DNA from: Planctomycetota bacterium
GTDB lineage: Bacteria > Planctomycetota > PLA2 > JAEUHO01
Direction of reading: 5' to 3'
DNA length: 64,000 bases
Assembly: GCA_028281445.1 (NCBI GenBank)
Contig: JANQJW010000014.1
Span: forward strand, 30,026 to 94,025
Below, piece by piece: positions 59,717 to 64,000 of the stretch; the stretch's first letter is position 1; every line of letters starts with the position of its first letter. The notes beneath the pieces were generated by a model, which was not told the origin of the DNA, searched no databases, and was given only the letters and a program-made list of their open reading frames with translations. The position numbers and the translations under genes are program-made.

Positions 59717-60852
59717 TTCTTCTTGCGGCGCTTCTCTTGCGCGCGCAGGTGGTCCTTGAGCTGGTCCATGAACTTGCGACGCGCGGGACCGGTCTCGCCG
59801 CTCTCGGCCTCCTTCAGTCCGTCGAGTGCCTTGCGGAGCTTCTTGCCGGGGCGCTTGGGGACGTCGTAGAGCACCTGGACGTATAGGTGGCCGCGCCCGC
59901 CGCGCTGGAACCGCGGGAGGCCGCCGCCACGAACGCGAAGGGTGTCGCCGGGCTGCGTGCCCGCGTCGATGTCGAGCGTCATCTTGCCTTCGAGCGACGG
60001 AATCTCGATCTCACCGCCGAGAACGGCGGTGCTGATCGGCACGGGCGCGCGTAGGAAGATGTCTGCGGGGTCGTCCGGCGAGCGCAGGAACAGGTCGTGG
60101 TCCTTCACGTGCACGCGCACGCTCAGGTCGCCGGGCACGCCGCCTCGGGGCGCGGGCTCGCCTTCGCCCGGAACGCGCATCGTGATGCCGTCGAACACGC
60201 CGGGCGGGATCGTGAGCTCGATCTCGCGCCGGCCCATGACCAGGCCTTCACCGCGGCAGGCTCGGCACGGGTCCTCGACGACCGCGCCTTCTCCGTCGCA
60301 CCGCGGGCACGCGCGGCGCATCGAGAAGAAGCCCTCGCTGGAGACGATGTAGCCGTGGCCGCCGCACGCACCGCAAGCCACGGGCGGCTTCTTGTCCTTC
60401 GAGCCGGTACCGGTGCAGGTGTCGCACGAGACGCGCCGCCGGAGGCTCAGCGTCTTGTGGATCTCCTCGGTGACGTCCTCGAATGGCACGCTGATCTCGG
60501 CACGCAGGCTCGCGCCGCGACGCATGCCGCCTTGCCCGCCGCTGCGCCCGAAGAACGCACCGAAGAGATCGGAGAACGCGCCGAAGATGTCGGAGACGTC
60601 GGTGAAGCCCACCTGGCCGTCGAGCCCGGCGTGGCCGTGGCGGTCGTAGACCTCGCGCTTCTGCGGATCCGAGAGCACGTCGTACGCCTCGGACGCCTCC
60701 TTGAAGCGCTCCTCGGCGGATGCATCGCCGGGGTTCTTGTCGGGGTGGTACTTCAGCGCCAGCCGCCGGTAGGCGGTCTTGATCTCGCTCTCACCGGCCC
60801 CGCGCGGGACCTGCAGAACTTCGTAGTAGTCGCGCTTTCCCACGTCAGGCAC
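59713..60852 (-). CDS. dnaJ: Molecular chaperone DnaJ.
   Basis: J domain ([33 protein letters not shown]), a G/F region, and four CxxCxGxG zinc-finger repeats. Confidence 0.9.
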   Translation of the reverse strand: MPDVGKRDYYEVLQVPRGAGESEIKTAYRRLALKYHPDKNPGDASAEERFKEASEAYDVLSDPQKREVYDRHGHAGLDGQVGFTDVSDIFGAFSDLFGAFFGRSGGQGGMRRGASLRAEISVPFEDVTEEIHKTLSLRRRVSCDTCTGTGSKDKKPPVACGACGGHGYIVSSEGFFSMRRACPRCDGEGAVVEDPCRACRGEGLVMGRREIELTIPPGVFDGITMRVPGEGEPAPRGGVPGDLSVRVHVKDHDLFLRSPDDPADIFLRAPVPISTAVLGGEIEIPSLEGKMTLDIDAGTQPGDTLRVRGGGLPRFQRGGRGHLYVQVLYDVPKRPGKKLRKALDGLKEAESGETGPARRKFMDQLKDHLRAQEKRRKKK

Positions 60853-60933
60853 GGTGCGATGGTACTCCCCGAACAGCCGTTCAAAGACGGATTGAGTCGC
60901 CCTGCGCCCAACAAAGCCGAACGTGTCGCAGAA

Positions 60934-61090
60934 GAACTCCGCAGAGACGCAGAGTCACGGAGCGCGCACCTCCGAGCGCAACGCAATTCCTGTTGAACTC
61001 CGTCCCGTAGCTCTGAGCCCGGGACTCAAGACGGACTGCGTACGACGGCTGGAGACGCTCTGCGCCTCTGTACCTCTGTACCTCTGCGGA
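60934..61090. repeat. Inverted repeat element, family B, copy 2, upstream of dnaJ.
   Basis: tccgcagagacgcagagtcacggagcg ... cgctctgcgcctctgtacctctgtacctctgcgga. Same arm consensus as 55228..55372, with a different spacer. Confidence 0.7.
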
Positions 61091-62698
<1,608 letters not shown>

Positions 62699-62752
62699 GA
62701 TGGCTCCGATGTCGTCGTTGCTACTACTTCAGGCAGTTACAGGTTGGGACCA

Positions 62753-63043
62753 CTACTTCGTGATGAGCGCGAGGACCTCGCCCTCGCGGAGGATCTTGTA
62801 GTCCTCGCCGTTCCAGTTGATCTCGTTGCCGGCGTACTTGCCGAACAGGATCTCGTCGCCGACGTTGACGCTCATGCCGAGCCGCTCGCCTTCGTCGTTG
62901 CGCGCGCCTTCGCCGATGGCGACGACGACCGCGCGCTGGGGCTTTTCCTTCGCGCTGTCGGGCAGGAGGATCCCGCCGGCCGACTTCTCTTCCGCTTCGA
63001 TCTGCTTGACGACGATGCGGTCGTCCAGGGGGCGAATCGCCAT
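62753..63043 (-). CDS. groES: Co-chaperonin GroES.
   Basis: 96 aa with a GroES mobile loop and core (RPLDDRIVVK...AGGILLPDSAKEKPQ). Confidence 0.95.
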   Translation of the reverse strand: MAIRPLDDRIVVKQIEAEEKSAGGILLPDSAKEKPQRAVVVAIGEGARNDEGERLGMSVNVGDEILFGKYAGNEINWNGEDYKILREGEVLALITK

Positions 63044-63093
63044 GTCTCTACTCCTCGTCTTCGCTCTTCTGCGTTGCTCTGTTGATTACTCGA

Positions 63094-64000
63094 CTAGAAG
63101 TCCTCGTCCATGCCCGGTGCGGCCTCGCCTTCCTCCTCGGGGAGGTCGGCGATCAGCGTGTCGGTGGACATGAGCAGGGCCGCCACGCTGGCGGCGTTCT
63201 GCAGCGCGCTGCGCGAGACCTTCGTCGGGTCGACGATGCCGGCGTCGAACATGTCGGTCTCCTTGCCCGTGTGGGCGTCGAAGCCGACGGTCTGCTTGGC
63301 CTTGCGCACGTTGCGCAGCACGACGTGCCCCTCGTAGCCCGCGTTGTCGGCGATGGTGCGCAGCGGCACCTGCAGCGAGTCGAGCACGACCTGGACGCCC
63401 AGCGCTTCGTCGCCTTCCGTCTCGTCGAGCAGCTTCTTGACGGCCTTCTCAGCGCGGACGAACGCGGTGCCGCCGCCGGCGAGGATGCCCTCCTCGACCG
63501 CCGCGCGGGTGGCGTGGAGCGCGTCCTCGACGCGCGCCTTCTTCTCCTTCATCTCGGTCTCGGTGGCTGCGCCGACCTCGATCTGGGCCACGCCGCCGGC
63601 GAGCTTGGCGAGGCGCTCCTGAAGCTTCTCGCGGTCGTAGTCCGAGTCGGTGTTCTCCGTCTCGCGCCGGATCTGCATGAGGCGCGCGGACAGCGCGGAG
63701 GCCTGGCCGACCCCGTCGACGATGACCGTGCTGTCGCCGTCGACCGTCACGCGGCGGCAGGAGCCGAGATCGTCGAGCGTGACCTGCTCCAGGTCCGCGC
63801 CGACATCGGGGAACATGGCCTTCGCACCCGTCAGGATCGCGATGTCCTCGAGCATGGCCTTGCGGCGGTCGCCGTAGCCAGGCGCCTTGACAGCGACCGT
63901 CTGCACGACGCCGCGCAGGCGGTTGAGCACGAGCGTCGCGAGCGCGTCGCCTTCGACGTCCTCGGCGATGATCAGGAGCGAGCGACCCGTCTTGCTGATC
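63094..64000 (-). CDS. groEL: Second GroEL paralogue, C-terminal ~300 aa only. The 5' end lies beyond the window.
   Basis: GroEL apical/equatorial C-terminal sequence ([23 protein letters not shown]...[10 protein letters not shown]). Ends ...GMDEDF. Only 50 bp separate it from groES downstream. Confidence 0.9.
   Translation of the reverse strand, partial: ISKTGRSLLIIAEDVEGDALATLVLNRLRGVVQTVAVKAPGYGDRRKAMLEDIAILTGAKAMFPDVGADLEQVTLDDLGSCRRVTVDGDSTVIVDGVGQASALSARLMQIRRETENTDSDYDREKLQERLAKLAGGVAQIEVGAATETEMKEKKARVEDALHATRAAVEEGILAGGGTAFVRAEKAVKKLLDETEGDEALGVQVVLDSLQVPLRTIADNAGYEGHVVLRNVRKAKQTVGFDAHTGKETDMFDAGIVDPTKVSRSALQNAASVAALLMSTDTLIADLPEEEGEAAPGMDEDF

Overview
High-GC (~70%) bacterial chromosomal window, gene content and synteny most consistent with a deltaproteobacterial/Myxococcota-like organism (low confidence). 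About 55 genes. The core is a complete, tightly packed 14-gene complex I operon (nuoA-N, minus strand, 22344..36954). A chaperone/housekeeping block sits at the 3' end: groEL(partial)-groES-groEL, dnaJ-grpE-FmdB zinc ribbon-yacG-membrane protein-queE, der. The 5' part is an accessory-looking region: an NPCBM-like C-terminal domain protein fragment, a BatA-like VWA protein coupled to pdxA, SPOR-domain and HEAT-repeat proteins, an orphan two-domain ABC permease, an ECF sigma/anti-sigma pair, a LarA-like protein, DsbD, queD/TetR and a 1538-aa lipoprotein. Best candidates for something new: (1) DsbD has an in-frame TGA exactly at the first Cys of the thioredoxin CXXC (W-U-H-Y-C), followed by a hairpin, so it is a candidate selenoprotein. 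(2) A palindromic ~40-bp repeat family occurs in three intergenic copies. (3) A second inverted CCTCTGYG-type repeat lies upstream of both der and dnaJ. (4) A 349-bp structured non-coding insertion separates nuoC and nuoD in an otherwise overlapping operon. (5) NuoK carries a His/Asp-rich C-terminal tail. No rRNA, tRNA or CRISPR were found. All annotation is by eye from motifs; no searches were run.
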